NCBI GenBank assembly: GCA_964394795.1
Contig: CAYMYX010000001.1
Location: 49,620 to 73,619 of the forward strand
Direction: 5' to 3'
Origin: an uncultured Peptoniphilaceae bacterium
GTDB lineage: Bacteria; Bacillota; Clostridia; Tissierellales; Peptoniphilaceae
Length of the DNA stretch: 24,000 nt
In this document: piece by piece, positions 1 to 11,394 of the stretch
Layout: every line of letters begins with the position of its first letter
How positions within the stretch are numbered: position 1 is the first letter of the stretch
Position numbers and translations under genes: made by a program
Notes under the pieces: generated by a model
What the model was told of the DNA's origin: nothing
What the model saw: only the letters and a program-made list of their open reading frames with translations
Database searches by the model: none

Positions 1-285
1 GCAATCCTCCTCATTCCTATCATAGGTTTGTAATAATTTCTTTATGCGAGCATTATTGAATGTTCGAGACTTCTTCATCGCCTCAAAGTCGTCTACAACC
101 ATATTGAACGGTTGCAAATGTGTTACACGTTTTCGTTTTGGATGCTCTAAGGTGCGTCGTTTACCATTAACGATATGCACAAATTTTGAGTCCAATATCT
201 CGAGTACGAGAAAGATACTTCCCTTGTCTCGACCAGCTTTTGCTCGAACTAGCTGGCCGGGGACAAGGTCGCATTGCTTATCCAT
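1..285 (-). CDS. KOW-domain RNA-binding protein (small conserved gene following adk in Clostridia-type clusters); C-terminal end runs off the window
   Basis: Absent from the ORF track because no stop is reached. My translation of the minus strand from ATG 285..283 gives MDKQCDLVPGQLVRAKAGRDKGSIFLVLEILDSKFVHIVNGKRRTLEHPKRKRVTHLQPF..., open for 95 codons to position 1. The GQxV-x3-AGRDKG and KRK-rich pattern is typical of this family. AGGAAAG lies upstream. An alternative in-frame ATG is at 303. GAGGAGG at positions 4-10 looks like the RBS of the next gene (probably infA). Confidence 0.7.
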   Translation of the reverse strand, partial: MDKQCDLVPGQLVRAKAGRDKGSIFLVLEILDSKFVHIVNGKRRTLEHPKRKRVTHLQPFNMVVDDFEAMKKSRTFNNARIKKLLQTYDRNEEDC

Positions 286-310
286 GTTTCTTTCCTGAGT
301 CATATAGGTC

Positions 311-952
311 TCAATTTACAGCGTTTTGAATGTCTTCGAAGACTTCTTCAACTGACTTGCTGCCGTCCACTTCGACCAGTACACCCTTTTCTCTGTAGTA
401 ATCGATAAGGGGTGAGGTCTGTTCTTTGTAGACATCAATTCGTCCTTTGACCGTATCTTCAGAATCATCTGCTCTTTGGATTAACTCCTCACCACAAACG
501 TCACAAATTCCTGCAACTTGAGGTGGGTGATTATCTACGTGATAGGTGGCACCGCATTCACTGCAAATTCTTCGACCCGCTAGACGGCGTATCAGGATGT
601 CTTCATCGACTTCGATACGGATAACACCGTCCAGTAGTAGATTCCTTTTTTCTAAACCGGCATCAAATGCCTCTGCTTGGGCGATTGTTCTTGGAAATCC
701 ATCCAAGAGAAAACCGTGCTGAGCGTCGTCTTGATCTAAGCGATCCCAGACGAGGTCAATGGTTAAATCATCCGGTACAAGCTTTCCTTCGTTAAGATAG
801 CTTTTCACTTTGAGGCCTAATTCGGTCTCGTCTTTGATGTTCGAACGAAAGATGTCACCCGTTGAAATGTGGACAACACCGTATTCTTCAACGAACTGTG
901 CAGCCTGCGTACCCTTCCCAGCACCAGGAGGGCCTAGTAGTACATATCTCAC
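311..952 (-). CDS. adk: adenylate kinase
   Basis: 213 aa. P-loop GPPGAGKGTQA, a zinc lid with CSECG...CDVCG, and the conserved position after secY. Confidence 0.97.
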   Translation of the reverse strand: MRYVLLGPPGAGKGTQAAQFVEEYGVVHISTGDIFRSNIKDETELGLKVKSYLNEGKLVPDDLTIDLVWDRLDQDDAQHGFLLDGFPRTIAQAEAFDAGLEKRNLLLDGVIRIEVDEDILIRRLAGRRICSECGATYHVDNHPPQVAGICDVCGEELIQRADDSEDTVKGRIDVYKEQTSPLIDYYREKGVLVEVDGSKSVEEVFEDIQNAVN

Positions 953-970
953 TAGCTTACCCCTTTCTAC

Positions 971-2248
971 CTAACGGTTTAGGAACCCCTTGTAGTGGCG
1001 CAACTGGAGTTGTGCCTCTAGTGTACGAATCATTTCTAATACGACACCTACAACGATAATGACGGAGGTTCCACCAATTTGGATTGGAACATTGAAAATC
1101 ATAGAGAGCAACTCAGGAACGATGGATAGGAATGCGAGGATAACTGCACCTATCAGCGTGATTCTTTGCACGATACGATTTAAGTAGTCAGTCGTTGGAC
1201 GGCCAGGTCTAATACCTGGGATAAATCCACCAGCTTGTTGCAAGTTTCTTGAATACTCACCGGCATTAAACTGGATAGAGTTGTAGAAATAGGCAAATAG
1301 AATGATTAAAGCAATCTTCAAGATGGATTGAATAATGAATCCGCCCCATCCGCTTGGCGTTAACCATGTTGTGACAAACTCTTGAACACCACCACCGAAT
1401 AGCAGAGCTAACGTGTTAGGTAGGGAGAGGAGGGCCATAGCGAAGATGACCGGAAGTACACCACTCATATTTACCTTAATGGGGATGTGGGTTGCTTGTC
1501 CACCGTACATCTTACGTCCAACAACGCGCTTTGCGTATTGAACAGGAACTTTTCTTTCCCCTTCAGATAAGAGCACGACGATAACCGTGATAAAAATAAC
1601 CGCTAGTACGATTAGTAAGAATACAATCGGATTAAGCATTCCTGCGATAATCGACATGATTCTTTGGTACACTACACCAGGAATTGAAGCGACAATACCG
1701 ACAAAGATGATGAAGGATACGCCGTTTCCGATTCCTTTTTCTGTAATTAAATCACCAATCCAGATGAGGAATTGAGCTCCAGCTACCATCACTAAGATAG
1801 CAATAGTCTTCTCTAACCAACCACCTAAAGCAAATGCTTGTGCGAAGATACCTTGCACCAAGGCAAAAGCTTGAAGGAAAGCTAAAGCGACGCCAACGAG
1901 CCTTGTGATTCTTTGAATCTTCTTCCGACCGTCTTCCCCTTCCTTAGAGAGTTCCTCTAAAGCTGGGATTGCGAAAGTCAAAAGCTGGATAACAATAGAA
2001 GCTGTGATATATGGACCAACACCAAGTGCAAAGACGCTCATCGATGCGAGGCCACCACCGCTCACCAAGTTTAATAATCCAAGAACACTACCTGCCATCA
2101 TATCCGCAATTGCGCCGATCATTTCCATGTTGGCAAATGGTACGGGCAACGAATTTCCAAGACGAATCACTACAAGCATTAATAGTGTAAATATTATACG
2201 CTTTCGGGTTTCATCGACTTTCCATGCATTTCTTAGCGTGGCAAACAT
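971..2248 (-). CDS. secY: preprotein translocase subunit SecY
   Basis: 425 aa polytopic membrane protein with the typical SecY N-terminus and position after rplO. The start overlaps the rplO stop (TAATG). Confidence 0.97.
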   Translation of the reverse strand: MFATLRNAWKVDETRKRIIFTLLMLVVIRLGNSLPVPFANMEMIGAIADMMAGSVLGLLNLVSGGGLASMSVFALGVGPYITASIVIQLLTFAIPALEELSKEGEDGRKKIQRITRLVGVALAFLQAFALVQGIFAQAFALGGWLEKTIAILVMVAGAQFLIWIGDLITEKGIGNGVSFIIFVGIVASIPGVVYQRIMSIIAGMLNPIVFLLIVLAVIFITVIVVLLSEGERKVPVQYAKRVVGRKMYGGQATHIPIKVNMSGVLPVIFAMALLSLPNTLALLFGGGVQEFVTTWLTPSGWGGFIIQSILKIALIILFAYFYNSIQFNAGEYSRNLQQAGGFIPGIRPGRPTTDYLNRIVQRITLIGAVILAFLSIVPELLSMIFNVPIQIGGTSVIIVVGVVLEMIRTLEAQLQLRHYKGFLNR

Positions 2249-2697
2249 TAGAACACCTCAGTCTTTCCACCAGCCTCAGTAATCTTCTCTTCTGCTGATT
2301 TAGAAAACTTCGTTGCTTGTACTGTTAGCTTCTTCGTTAAGTCGCCGTTTCCAAGAATCTTTAGGCCATCCTTGCACTCTGACTTATGAATCAGACCGCT
2401 TTCGATAAGCAATTCTTGTGTTACTACAGTACCGTCTTCAAACTGGTTTAAATCTGAAACGTTAACCGTCGTGTAAACTGTCGAGAATGGATTGTGGAAG
2501 CCACGCTTTGGTAGACGGCGGAACAATGGAAGTTGTCCACCCTCGAAGCCTGGTCTTACGCCACCGCCGCTACGGGAGTTTTGTCCATCGCGTCCGCGAC
2601 CGGCAAACTTGCCCCAACCGGAGGCGTGTCCACGACCGACGCGTTTTCTCTTTTGTGTTTTACCACCGCGAGCCGGCTTTAAATCGTGAAGTTTCAT
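2248..2697 (-). CDS. rplO: 50S ribosomal protein L15
   Basis: [30 protein letters not shown] is the L15 signature. I place the start at ATG 2697, preceded by AAGGAGG, rather than the track's upstream 2727, which would overlap rpmD. Confidence 0.95.
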   Translation of the reverse strand: MKLHDLKPARGGKTQKRKRVGRGHASGWGKFAGRGRDGQNSRSGGGVRPGFEGGQLPLFRRLPKRGFHNPFSTVYTTVNVSDLNQFEDGTVVTQELLIESGLIHKSECKDGLKILGNGDLTKKLTVQATKFSKSAEEKITEAGGKTEVF

Positions 2698-2707
2698 TCT
2701 TACCTCC

Positions 2708-2890
2708 TTATTCAACTTCTTGGACATCTACCATGAAGTCAATAGTGCGGATCATACCACGAACGGTTTCACTATCTTCCTTAACCACAGTTTGCCCAAC
2801 GGTCTTTAAACCTAGAGCTTGTCCAGTCTTCTTATGTTGTTCTTTTTTACCAATATATGATTTGGTTAATGTGATTGAAAGTTTAGCCAT
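2708..2890 (-). CDS. rpmD: 50S ribosomal protein L30
   Basis: 60 aa, [22 protein letters not shown]..., located between rpsE and rplO. Confidence 0.95.
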   Translation of the reverse strand: MAKLSITLTKSYIGKKEQHKKTGQALGLKTVGQTVVKEDSETVRGMIRTIDFMVDVQEVE

Positions 2891-2899
2891 GAAGACCTC

Positions 2900-3397
2900 C
2901 TAGCTAAGTATTTCATCTACAGATTTACCACGTAGACGAGCAACTTGTTCTGCGGTTTTCATGCTTGTTAATGCTTTCATTGTCGCATTCGCAATACTTC
3001 TCGCATTAGCAGATCCTAATGACTTTGCACGAATATCGCGGATTCCAGCTAACTCGCAGACTGCACGGACTGGACCACCTGCAATAACTCCGGTACCTTC
3101 ATAGGCTGGAATTAATAGTACGTGACCTGCTCCATCAACAGCTTCAATGCGGTGAGGAATAGTTGTTCCTACAAGCGGAATGGAAACCATGTTCTTCTTT
3201 GCATCTTCAACACCTTTACGGATTGCCTCTGGAACTTCCAAAGACTTGCCGGTGCCAATGCCAACTCTACCATTGCCATCGCCAACTGCTACAAGTGCAG
3301 TAAAACGTGCTGTTCTACCACCCTTCGCCGTCTTGGAGACGCGGTTGATGAAGATTACTCTTTCTTCAAGCTCTTGCTTGTTATCTTCTCTATACAT
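2900..3397 (-). CDS. rpsE: 30S ribosomal protein S5
   Basis: S5 sequence ([28 protein letters not shown]). The start is taken at ATG 3397, preceded by GGAGAGGAG. The track start at 3415 is a TTG abutting the rplR stop. Confidence 0.95.
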   Translation of the reverse strand: MYREDNKQELEERVIFINRVSKTAKGGRTARFTALVAVGDGNGRVGIGTGKSLEVPEAIRKGVEDAKKNMVSIPLVGTTIPHRIEAVDGAGHVLLIPAYEGTGVIAGGPVRAVCELAGIRDIRAKSLGSANARSIANATMKALTSMKTAEQVARLRGKSVDEILS

Positions 3398-3415
3398 TCG
3401 TATTCTCCTCTCCAA

Positions 3416-3781
3416 TTACAGCTTTAAGCCAGCTTCTCTGGCAGCATCTGCTAGAGCTGCTACCTTGCCATGGTAAATATATCCGGAACGATCGAAAACG
3501 ACCGTGTCAATGCCTTTATCCTTAGCACGTTCAGCAACAAGCTTACCTACTGCTTTTGCGGATTCCACATTTGCTTTTCCTTGGTAGTCACCCTTTAGAT
3601 CAGCATCCAATGTAGAAGCTGAAATCAAGGTAGCTCCTGTTGAATCATCAATAATTTGTGCGTAAATATTTGCATTACTCTTATAGACGTTGAGACGTGG
3701 TCTTTCGGGAGTACCGGCAATTTTCTTACGAATACGAGCATGTCTAGCAACTCGGTTCGCATTTCTGTTAATCTTAGCCAA
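3416..3781 (-). CDS. rplR: 50S ribosomal protein L18
   Basis: 121 aa with a typical L18 N-terminus ([24 protein letters not shown]). Confidence 0.96.
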   Translation of the reverse strand: MAKINRNANRVARHARIRKKIAGTPERPRLNVYKSNANIYAQIIDDSTGATLISASTLDADLKGDYQGKANVESAKAVGKLVAERAKDKGIDTVVFDRSGYIYHGKVAALADAAREAGLKL

Positions 3782-3792
3782 ATTTAGCCTCC

Positions 3793-4332
3793 TTATTTAC
3801 CAGTCTTACCAACTTTACGACGCACATGCTCGTTCTCATAGCGAATGCCCTTGCCCTTATAAGGTTCAGGTAATCTCCACTTACGAATGTTTGCGGCAAA
3901 GTTTCCGACTGCTTGCTTGTTAATACCACGCACGATGATTGTACGATCGTCTGGTACTTCTGTCTCTACTTCATCTGTGTCAGGCATAATAACTTGGTGA
4001 GCATAACCAAGGTTCATAACCAGGTTCTTCGCTTGCTTTTGCGCACGGTAACCTGTTCCCTCAATCAATAACTTCTTTGAGTAACCTTCGGTAACGCCTT
4101 CAACCATGTTAGCAACTAAAGAGCGGTAAAGGCCGTGAAGGGATTTTGTTTCCTTCGTCTCGTCTGGTCTTTCCACACTCAACACGCCATCTTCCATGAC
4201 AAGGTTGAATCTTGAATCGACTGTTTCGTTAAGTTCGCCTTTTGGCCCCTTTACAGTTACCTTGTTATTATCATCGATTGTGATATCCACACCTGATGGA
4301 ATTTCAATCGGTTTTAATCCAATTCTTGACAT
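3793..4332 (-). CDS. rplF: 50S ribosomal protein L6
   Basis: 179 aa, [19 protein letters not shown]..., in conserved order. Confidence 0.96.
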   Translation of the reverse strand: MSRIGLKPIEIPSGVDITIDDNNKVTVKGPKGELNETVDSRFNLVMEDGVLSVERPDETKETKSLHGLYRSLVANMVEGVTEGYSKKLLIEGTGYRAQKQAKNLVMNLGYAHQVIMPDTDEVETEVPDDRTIIVRGINKQAVGNFAANIRKWRLPEPYKGKGIRYENEHVRRKVGKTGK

Positions 4333-4351
4333 CTCATCCTCCTCTACTCAA

Positions 4352-4744
4352 TTACCATACGTAGCAGATGACTTCTCCACCAACGCCTTCTTTGCGCGCT
4401 TGCTTGTCAGTCATCATGCCATGTGAAGTTGAGAGGATTGCAATCCCTAGACCGCCCAAAACACTTGGGACATCCTTAGCGCCAACGTACACACGACGAC
4501 CTGGCTTAGAAATCTTCTTGATACCTGAGATTGTACGTTCATCTTCAACATATTTTAAGTCGATTGTAATTACGTCTTGCTTGTTATCTTCAGTTACGTT
4601 GTAACCCTTGATAAAACCTTCATCCAAAAGAATCTGAGCGAGGCTTTTTTTCATATTCGAAGCGGGAACCTCTACAGATTCGTGCTTTCTCATATTGCCG
4701 TTGCGGATTCTGGTAAGCATATCCGCGATCGGATCTGTCATCAT
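4352..4744 (-). CDS. rpsH: 30S ribosomal protein S8
   Basis: 130 aa, [15 protein letters not shown] signature. Confidence 0.96.
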   Translation of the reverse strand: MMTDPIADMLTRIRNGNMRKHESVEVPASNMKKSLAQILLDEGFIKGYNVTEDNKQDVITIDLKYVEDERTISGIKKISKPGRRVYVGAKDVPSVLGGLGIAILSTSHGMMTDKQARKEGVGGEVICYVW

Positions 4745-4765
4745 ATTTTTGTCCTCCCTCTCAAA

Positions 4766-4951
4766 CTACCAACTAGCTTTTTTCACACCAGGAATTTCAC
4801 CACGGTATGCTAATTCTCGAAAACAAATACGGCAGACGCCATACTTGCGAAGTACACTGTGTGGTCTTCCACAAATGTTGCAGCGTGTGTAAGCTCTTGT
4901 CGAGAACTTGGGCGTTCTTTTTTGTTTAGCGATTAATGATTTTTTTGCCAT
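4766..4951 (-). CDS. rpsN: 30S ribosomal protein S14, short zinc-binding type Z
   Basis: 61 aa with CNICGRP...CRIC (CxxC-x12-CxxC), located between rplE and rpsH. Confidence 0.95.
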   Translation of the reverse strand: MAKKSLIAKQKRTPKFSTRAYTRCNICGRPHSVLRKYGVCRICFRELAYRGEIPGVKKASW

Positions 4952-4960
4952 TTAGTCCTC

Positions 4961-5515
4961 CTAGTCTCTCTTGATGAAAGGCATACCCATGAGTTCTAGG
5001 AATGCTTTTGCTTCTTCGTCAGTATTTGCAGTTGTAACAACGATGATGTCCATACCGCGGATATCGTCGATTTCATCATAACTGATTTCTGGGAAAATCA
5101 ACTGTTCTTTGATTCCCATTGCATAGTTGCCACGGCCATCGAAAGAAGTATCTGAAACGCCACGGAAGTCACGTACACGTGGAAGTGCAATGTTGACTAA
5201 GCGGTCGAAAAAATCATACATTTTCTTATGACGAAGGGTAACTTTTGTTGCAATTGATTGACCTTCACGAAGCTTGAAGTTAGCTACAGACTTCTTTGCT
5301 TTGATCGTTACTGGCTTTTGCCCACTGATTACGGTTAATTCACGAACTGCACTTTCCAAAAGCTTTGGATTGTCCTTGGCTTCGCCGACGGCGATGTTAA
5401 TGACAATTTTCTCTAGCTTTGGCACTTGCATTACATTCTCGTAATTAAACTCTTTGATCATTGCAGGCACAACTTCATCTCTATAATATTGAACTAATCT
5501 AGATGCTTCTGACAT
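4961..5515 (-). CDS. rplE: 50S ribosomal protein L5
   Basis: 184 aa with L5 sequence and conserved order. Confidence 0.96.
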   Translation of the reverse strand: MSEASRLVQYYRDEVVPAMIKEFNYENVMQVPKLEKIVINIAVGEAKDNPKLLESAVRELTVISGQKPVTIKAKKSVANFKLREGQSIATKVTLRHKKMYDFFDRLVNIALPRVRDFRGVSDTSFDGRGNYAMGIKEQLIFPEISYDEIDDIRGMDIIVVTTANTDEEAKAFLELMGMPFIKRD

Positions 5516-5526
5516 TATGTGCCCCC

Positions 5527-5838
5527 TTATTTATCTAGCTGTTCGCCGGATTTTGTTGAAACGCGAACCTTCTTATCGTTTTTAATCTCGTAACGAGTGC
5601 GCACACCCTTCTTCTCTTTTTCATCATATAGAAGAACGTTGGAAGCGTGGATCTTACCCTCAGTCTCTGAACGACCGCCAGGTTGATTCATGCCTCTTGG
5701 CTTTGCATGCTTCACTTGCATGTTGACACCCTCTACGATAACGCGATTCTCTTTAGGAAAAGCTGCAAGGACTGTGCCCGTTGCACCTTTGTATTTGCCA
5801 GCGATAACTTGAACTTTATCTCCAGTTTTAACGTGCAT
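5527..5838 (-). CDS. rplX: 50S ribosomal protein L24
   Basis: 103 aa with the KOW motif [18 protein letters not shown]. Confidence 0.96.
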   Translation of the reverse strand: MHVKTGDKVQVIAGKYKGATGTVLAAFPKENRVIVEGVNMQVKHAKPRGMNQPGGRSETEGKIHASNVLLYDEKEKKGVRTRYEIKNDKKVRVSTKSGEQLDK

Positions 5839-5848
5839 AGTTCCCCCC

Positions 5849-6217
5849 TTATAACACTTCAGGAGCTAAGGAAATAATTCTCATGTATCCATTTCCACGA
5901 AGCTCTCTTGTAACAGGACCGAAAATACGCGTTCCTACTGGGTTCTTATCATCTTTAATAATAACAGCAGCGTTATCATCGAAGCGGATGTGGCTACCGT
6001 CTTCACGGTTTACACCAGTCTTTGTACGGACGACAACTGCCTTAACAATGTCACCCTTCTTGACGTTACCGCCTGGGATTGCTTGCTTAACTGTACAGAT
6101 GATAACATCTCCAACGTTAGCATACTTACGGCCGGTACCACCTACAACGCGGATAACAAGAACTTCTCTCGCTCCTGAGTTATCTGCTACTTTTAATCTA
6201 CTTTCTACTTGTATCAT
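5849..6217 (-). CDS. rplN: 50S ribosomal protein L14
   Basis: 122 aa, [19 protein letters not shown] signature. Confidence 0.97.
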   Translation of the reverse strand: MIQVESRLKVADNSGAREVLVIRVVGGTGRKYANVGDVIICTVKQAIPGGNVKKGDIVKAVVVRTKTGVNREDGSHIRFDDNAAVIIKDDKNPVGTRIFGPVTRELRGNGYMRIISLAPEVL

Positions 6218-6233
6218 TGAATCCTCCTTCTAC

Positions 6234-6491
6234 CTACTTAGCTTCTTCGAGGATTTCAACAAGACGAAATCTCTTATCTTTAGATAGTGGTCTTGTTTCC
6301 ATTAACAGTACGCGGTCCCCAACCTTAGCTTGGTTGCTTTCGTCGTGTGCTTTAATGCGAGAACTTCTGCGAAGCATTTTGTGATAAGTGGGATGCTTTA
6401 CCATATCTTGTACCTCGACAACGATAGTCTTCTCCATCTTGTCCGAAACGACTATACCTGTAATTGTCTTACGAGCTGTAGTTCTTTCCAT
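6234..6491 (-). CDS. rpsQ: 30S ribosomal protein S17
   Basis: 85 aa with the pattern [14 protein letters not shown]...HPxYxK. Confidence 0.96.
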   Translation of the reverse strand: MERTTARKTITGIVVSDKMEKTIVVEVQDMVKHPTYHKMLRRSSRIKAHDESNQAKVGDRVLLMETRPLSKDKRFRLVEILEEAK

Positions 6492-6494
6492 GGC

Positions 6495-6701
6495 TTAAGC
6501 CTCCTTTCTTAAATCAAGTTCTCTTTCGCGTTGCACAGTCTTAACACGCGCGATATCCTGCTTAACATTACCAATTGCATGAGGATTCTCTAATTGGCCA
6601 GTGGCGTTCTGAAAGCGAAGATTAAATAATTCTTGCTTCAGATCTTGCAACTTCTGAACAAGGTCCTTGTCGGACAAATTACGAATTTCATTCGCTCTCA
6701 T
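6495..6701 (-). CDS. rpmC: 50S ribosomal protein L29
   Basis: 68 aa, [24 protein letters not shown]. Confidence 0.95.
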   Translation of the reverse strand: MRANEIRNLSDKDLVQKLQDLKQELFNLRFQNATGQLENPHAIGNVKQDIARVKTVQRERELDLRKEA

Positions 6702-6703
6702 TA

Positions 6704-7132
6704 TTAGTCACCTTCCTTAACATTCTTTTCCTTAACCACGAACTTAGTCTTAATAGGAAGCTTCGCAGCAGCTAAGCGCATAGCTTCTCTTGCTAGTTCT
6801 TCAGGAATACCACCCATTTCAAATAGGATGCGTCCTGGTTTAACAACAGCTACCCAGTACTCAGGTGAACCTTTACCGGAACCCATACGTACTTCAGCTG
6901 GTTTTTGTGTAACTGGCTTGTCTGGGAATACTTTAATCCAGATGTTACCACCACGTTTAATCGCACGTGTCATCGCACGACGCGCAGACTCGATTTGGTT
7001 TGCTGTCATCCAGCAAGGTTCTAGAGCTTGAAGACCATAATCACCGTAAGTGATGGTGTTTCCTCTAGTTGCCAAACCTGTCATTCTGCCACGGTGTACG
7101 CGACGGCGTTTTACTCTTTTTGGCATTAACAT
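6704..7132 (-). CDS. rplP: 50S ribosomal protein L16
   Basis: 142 aa with the [18 protein letters not shown]-terminus. Confidence 0.97.
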   Translation of the reverse strand: MLMPKRVKRRRVHRGRMTGLATRGNTITYGDYGLQALEPCWMTANQIESARRAMTRAIKRGGNIWIKVFPDKPVTQKPAEVRMGSGKGSPEYWVAVVKPGRILFEMGGIPEELAREAMRLAAAKLPIKTKFVVKEKNVKEGD

Positions 7133-7156
7133 ATCTCGTTACCTCCTAGCCACAGC

Positions 7157-7948
7157 TTATCGATTTGAGCCACGGTTTGATTGATCGTTGCGTCTGTTGT
7201 TTCTGTTGTCGCGTCCTTGACGGTTTCCGCCGGTGTTGTTGCCTTGACGGTTATTATTGTTGCGACGACGACCACGACGTTCTTCTCTTTGTGGTTTTGG
7301 CTCTTCAGCTGACTTCATACCTGGCAATACTTCACCAAGGTAGATCCATACCTTTACACCAATCGCACCGTATTGAGTACGGGCAGTAGCTTCTCCGTAA
7401 CGGATATCTGCACGTAGTGTTTGTAGTGGAATAGTTCCTTCAGAGTAGTGTTCGGTTCTGGCCATATCGGCTCCACCCAAACGACCTGCAACTGAAGTCT
7501 TGATACCTTTACCGCCTGCACGCATAGTTCTTTGGATCGCTTGCTTCATGGCACGACGGAAAGTGATACGACGCTCTAGATCACCGGCGATACGTTCAGC
7601 AACTAGCTGAGCATCAATGTCTTGGTTCTTGATAGCTTCAACGTTGATGACGACGGTCTTGCCGGATAACTTTTCTAATTCACTCTTTAATTCAGTAACG
7701 GATGCGCCGTCCTTACCGATAACAACACCAGGCTTAGCTGTGTTGATAGTAATACGGATGCGGCCCATTGTTCTTTCAATATTAATTGTGGAAAGACCTG
7801 ATTCAGAAAGCTTGTTCTTAATGAGTTCACGAATCTTGTGATCTTCTTCTAGAAGCTGGCTGAAATCTTTCTTATCAGCGAACCAGTTGGAATCCCAGTC
7901 TTTGATAACTCCAACGCGTAAGCCTTTAGGATTTACTTTTTGACCCAT
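7157..7948 (-). CDS. rpsC: 30S ribosomal protein S3 with an Arg/Asn/Gly-rich C-terminal tail
   Basis: 263 aa. The [21 protein letters not shown]-terminus, KH domain and S3-C domain are followed by about 45 extra residues ([43 protein letters not shown]). The start overlaps the rplV stop (TAATG). Confidence 0.96.
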   Translation of the reverse strand: MGQKVNPKGLRVGVIKDWDSNWFADKKDFSQLLEEDHKIRELIKNKLSESGLSTINIERTMGRIRITINTAKPGVVIGKDGASVTELKSELEKLSGKTVVINVEAIKNQDIDAQLVAERIAGDLERRITFRRAMKQAIQRTMRAGGKGIKTSVAGRLGGADMARTEHYSEGTIPLQTLRADIRYGEATARTQYGAIGVKVWIYLGEVLPGMKSAEEPKPQREERRGRRRNNNNRQGNNTGGNRQGRDNRNNRRNDQSNRGSNR

Positions 7949-8295
7949 TAAACTTCTTCCTCCTCTTTTTCCTTCACAATAACGCCAACGTGTGATGTTC
8001 TCTTTAGAATCGGATATGCAGCACCTTTAGCTTTAGGTCTCCAACGCTTCATGGTTGGGCCATCATTTGCCCAGCAGTTATCGACAATCAATGTCTCTGC
8101 ATCAAGGCTAAGGTTGTTTTCTGCATTGGCTATAGCGGAAAGTAAGACACCTTCCAAAACTCTAGCACCCTTCTTTGGAGTGAATCGAAGAATGTTTAAT
8201 GCTTCATTTACATTTTTTCCACGAATCTCTTTGCAGATGTAATTTACTTTGCGAGGAGAGATTCTTACATATTTTGCTTCTGCTCTTGCTTGCAT
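7948..8295 (-). CDS. rplV: 50S ribosomal protein L22
   Basis: 115 aa, [21 protein letters not shown]. Confidence 0.96.
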   Translation of the reverse strand: MQARAEAKYVRISPRKVNYICKEIRGKNVNEALNILRFTPKKGARVLEGVLLSAIANAENNLSLDAETLIVDNCWANDGPTMKRWRPKAKGAAYPILKRTSHVGVIVKEKEEEEV

Positions 8296-8307
8296 TGTCT
8301 CTACCTC

Positions 8308-8589
8308 CTAGCGTCCAGAAGATCTGTCGGATTTGCCAACGTGACCTTTGAAGGTACGAGTGGGAACGAACTCACCGAGTTTGTGTCCAACCATGTCTTC
8401 TGTGATATAGATAGGCACGTGTTTTCTTCCATCATGAACTGCGATGGTGTGTCCAACGAAGTCAGGGAAAATTGTAGAACGACGTGACCATGTTTTAATA
8501 ACTTGCTTTTTATTACTCTCATTAAGGGCGTCGACCTTCTTCATCAGATGGTCATCAACGAAAGGTCCCTTTTTAAGTGATCTACTCAT
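8308..8589 (-). CDS. rpsS: 30S ribosomal protein S19
   Basis: 93 aa, [19 protein letters not shown]. The overlapping 73-aa ORF at 8301..8522 is a frame artefact. Confidence 0.97.
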   Translation of the reverse strand: MSRSLKKGPFVDDHLMKKVDALNESNKKQVIKTWSRRSTIFPDFVGHTIAVHDGRKHVPIYITEDMVGHKLGEFVPTRTFKGHVGKSDRSSGR

Positions 8590-8598
8590 CTCATCCTC

Positions 8599-9429
8599 CT
8601 ACTTCGTTCTTCTACGTACGATGTACTTTGAAGATTCTTGCTTATCTCTTCTCGTCTTCACGCCACGTGACTTCTTGCCCCAAGGTGTCATTGGTGCTGG
8701 GCGACCTACAGGTGCGCGACCTTCACCACCACCGTGTGGGTGATCTACAGGGTTCATCGCTGAACCGCGAACGTGAGGCTTACGACCTAGGTTACGAGAC
8801 TTACCTGCTTTACCTAAACGAATCAAGCTGTGGTCAGTCTTACCGACTTGACCAACCGTTGCTTTACAGTCTAGTGGTACAAGTCTGAACTCGCCGGATG
8901 GCATCTTCAGTTGGGCATACTTGCCTTCCTTAGCCATCAGTTGAACTTCGGCACCAGCTGAACGAGCGATTTGTCCACCCTTGCCAGGCTTCATTTCAAC
9001 GTTGTGAAGGATTGTACCTACAGGGATTGAGCGAAGTGGGAGTGCGTTTCCTGCTACGATATCTACGCTGTCTCCGGATTCTACAACTTGACCAACGCTT
9101 AAATCTTTTGGTGCAATGATGTATCTCTTTTCACCGTCTGCGTAAACGAGAAGGGCGATATTAGCCGAACGGTTGGGATCGTACTCGATCGTCTTCACAG
9201 TTGCAGGGATGTTATCTTTATTTCTCTTGAAGTCAATAATACGGTAACGTCTCTTAGCACCGCCTCCGCGGAAGCGAAGTGTAGTTCTACCGGTATTGTT
9301 TCTGCCACCTTTTTTCGTGAGACTAGTAGTTAATGACTTTTCAGGCTTAGTTGCTGTAATTTCCTCAAATGTTGAGACGCTCATTACTCGGCGTCCAGCT
9401 GAGGTTGGTTTATATCTTTGAATACCCAT
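8599..9429 (-). CDS. rplB: 50S ribosomal protein L2
   Basis: 276 aa, [14 protein letters not shown] ... [13 protein letters not shown]. Confidence 0.98.
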   Translation of the reverse strand: MGIQRYKPTSAGRRVMSVSTFEEITATKPEKSLTTSLTKKGGRNNTGRTTLRFRGGGAKRRYRIIDFKRNKDNIPATVKTIEYDPNRSANIALLVYADGEKRYIIAPKDLSVGQVVESGDSVDIVAGNALPLRSIPVGTILHNVEMKPGKGGQIARSAGAEVQLMAKEGKYAQLKMPSGEFRLVPLDCKATVGQVGKTDHSLIRLGKAGKSRNLGRKPHVRGSAMNPVDHPHGGGEGRAPVGRPAPMTPWGKKSRGVKTRRDKQESSKYIVRRRTK

Positions 9430-9447
9430 CAGTTCCTCCTGTCTCGA

Positions 9448-9744
9448 TTATTCCAAACCTTCGAAGAATTCAATTGCCTTCGAATCGTCTGTTAATGTCA
9501 CTATTGCTTTCTTCCAGTCAGAGGTCTTGCTGTAGTGATAGCCGATTCGGCGAGTCTTTCCTCTGCGGTTCATCGTATTTACTTTCTTTACCTTAACGCC
9601 ATCAAAAGCTTGTTCAACGGCTAGGCGAATCTCAGCTTTATTTGCCTTTGGATGTACTTTGAACGAATACTTGTTTTCGCTCATCTGATCCATCGCTTGC
9701 TCAGTGATGATTGGAGCAATGAGAATATCATATGGTGATTTCAT
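9448..9744 (-). CDS. rplW: 50S ribosomal protein L23
   Basis: 98 aa with L23 sequence and conserved order. The start overlaps the rplD stop (TAATG). Confidence 0.95.
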   Translation of the reverse strand: MKSPYDILIAPIITEQAMDQMSENKYSFKVHPKANKAEIRLAVEQAFDGVKVKKVNTMNRRGKTRRIGYHYSKTSDWKKAIVTLTDDSKAIEFFEGLE

Positions 9745-10367
9745 TATTGGAATACCTCCTCAGCAACTTTGAGCGCGTCCTGGGTAATGACAAGTGAGTC
9801 GAAACGGAGTAGGTCGTAAACATTCATATTGTTGACGGATACGGTCTCAACGTTAGCTAGGTTCTTGAATGAACGTAGAACTTTGTCATCTGCCTTCTCG
9901 ACAACGATTAAAGCTTTCTTTGCCGCTTTAATTGCCTCTAAGATTGCAACTGCTTCTTTAGTACTGTAGTTATCGAATGAAAGTTTATCTAAAACGATCA
10001 TTTCGTCGTCTCTTACCTTAGAAGTAAGGACCGACTTCATCGCTAAACGACGAATTTTCTTTGGTGTGGTGTAGCTGTAATCTCTAGGCTTAACAGCGAA
10101 GGTCATACCACCGCCTCTCCAGATTGGAGACGTACGTGAACCGTGACGAGCGCGGCCGGTACCCTTTTGGCGCCATGGCTTTCTACCACCACCACGTACC
10201 TCAGCACGGGTTTTAGCAGATTGTGTGCCTTGACGACGGTTAGCTAAGTGATTCTTTACGACTTGGTAAACAGCATGCTCATTCACTTCAACATCGAAAA
10301 GACCTTCCGATAATTCAAGTTCACTAACTACTGAACCTTTCTGATCTAGAACATTAATCTTTGGCAT
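9744..10367 (-). CDS. rplD: 50S ribosomal protein L4
   Basis: 207 aa with the [30 protein letters not shown] loop. Confidence 0.97.
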   Translation of the reverse strand: MPKINVLDQKGSVVSELELSEGLFDVEVNEHAVYQVVKNHLANRRQGTQSAKTRAEVRGGGRKPWRQKGTGRARHGSRTSPIWRGGGMTFAVKPRDYSYTTPKKIRRLAMKSVLTSKVRDDEMIVLDKLSFDNYSTKEAVAILEAIKAAKKALIVVEKADDKVLRSFKNLANVETVSVNNMNVYDLLRFDSLVITQDALKVAEEVFQ

Positions 10368-10380
10368 TGGTCCCTCCTAA

Positions 10381-11016
10381 CTACTTCGAAGCCTTGACAG
10401 CTGATTTAACCGTAACGATGCCACCCTTAGGTCCTGGTACCGCACCCTTGATCAATAGTAAGTTGTTTTCTTCGTCAACACGAACTACTCTCAAGTTTTG
10501 TACAGTTACACGGTCGTGACCCATCTTACCTGAGCCCTTGCGACCTGGGAAAACACGTGCAGGATATGAACCGGCTGAACGAGCACCTGCTACGCGGTGT
10601 GACTTAGAACCGTGACTTGAAGGACCACGTCCGTAGTTCCAGCGCTTAATCGCACCTTGCGTTCCCTTACCCTTTGAAGTTCCGACAACGTCAACCATGT
10701 CGTCTGCTTCAAAGATGGAAGCGTTAATCTCTTGACCTAATTCATAAGCTTCATCTTCATCATTTAAGCGAATCTCGCGCAAAACTTTCTTTGCAGCAAC
10801 GTCTGCTTTTGCAAAGTGACCTTTTGCCGGGCCATTCACTCTTTTTTCTTTCTTATCTAAATATCCAACTTGAATTGCGTTATAGCCATCAGTATCGACT
10901 GTCTTCACTTGAGTGACAGTCATTGGACCTGCTTGTACGACAGTGACCGGTGTGACTACACCATCAGCATCGAAAATTTGAGTCATGCCGACTTTTCTTC
11001 CTAAAATACTCTTCAC
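10381..11016 (-). CDS. rplC: 50S ribosomal protein L3
   Basis: 211 aa, ILGRKVGMTQIF signature. GTG start preceded by AGGAGGT. Confidence 0.96.
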   Translation of the reverse strand: MKSILGRKVGMTQIFDADGVVTPVTVVQAGPMTVTQVKTVDTDGYNAIQVGYLDKKEKRVNGPAKGHFAKADVAAKKVLREIRLNDEDEAYELGQEINASIFEADDMVDVVGTSKGKGTQGAIKRWNYGRGPSSHGSKSHRVAGARSAGSYPARVFPGRKGSGKMGHDRVTVQNLRVVRVDEENNLLLIKGAVPGPKGGIVTVKSAVKASK

Positions 11017-11085
11017 GAGTTACCTCCTAATATTACAGCGGATCACCATAGACTCTTCTATATAGTAGTGATCATTCTAATGGGG

Positions 11086-11394
11086 TTACAGCTTGATCTC
11101 GATATCAACGCCAGCAGGTAAGTTTAACTTCTTTAATGCTTCAAGCGTTTTTCCATTTGGATTTACAATGTCGATTAGACGTTTATGTGTACGTTGTTCG
11201 AATTGCTCACGAGAATCTTTGTACTTATGAACGGCACGTAAAATAGTGATGATTTCCTTCTCTGTTGGTAGTGGAATTGGACCACTAACGTCTGCACCGC
11301 TGCGCTTACAAGCTTCGACAATCTTTTGTGCTGATGCGTCGATCACTTCATGATCGTAAGCTCTAAGTCTGATTCTGATCTTCTGATTTGCCAT
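11086..11394 (-). CDS. rpsJ: 30S ribosomal protein S10
   Basis: 102 aa, [16 protein letters not shown] signature. AAGGAGGAAAG RBS upstream. Confidence 0.97.
   Translation of the reverse strand: MANQKIRIRLRAYDHEVIDASAQKIVEACKRSGADVSGPIPLPTEKEIITILRAVHKYKDSREQFEQRTHKRLIDIVNPNGKTLEALKKLNLPAGVDIEIKL

Noticed and set aside
44-298. An 84-aa plus-strand ORF at the left edge.
   Set aside because: It is antisense to the KOW-domain gene, which has a recognisable conserved sequence and sits in the expected operon position. The plus-strand product has no recognisable features.
862-9596. Numerous 60-138-aa plus-strand ORFs across the ribosomal cluster (for example 2487..2903, 3122..3427, 5883..6287, 8444..8743), plus the minus-strand ORF at 8301..8522.
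   Set aside because: All are antisense to, or frame-shifted within, highly conserved ribosomal protein, secY or adk genes, and none has its own RBS. They are six-frame noise.
11017-11085. A 69-nt rpsJ-rplC spacer with a GATCAC...GTGATC inverted repeat.
   Set aside because: The stem is a short 6 bp around a 21-nt A/T loop inside a tightly co-transcribed operon. There is no U-run or other sign of function, and it is within the normal variation of intergenic spacers.
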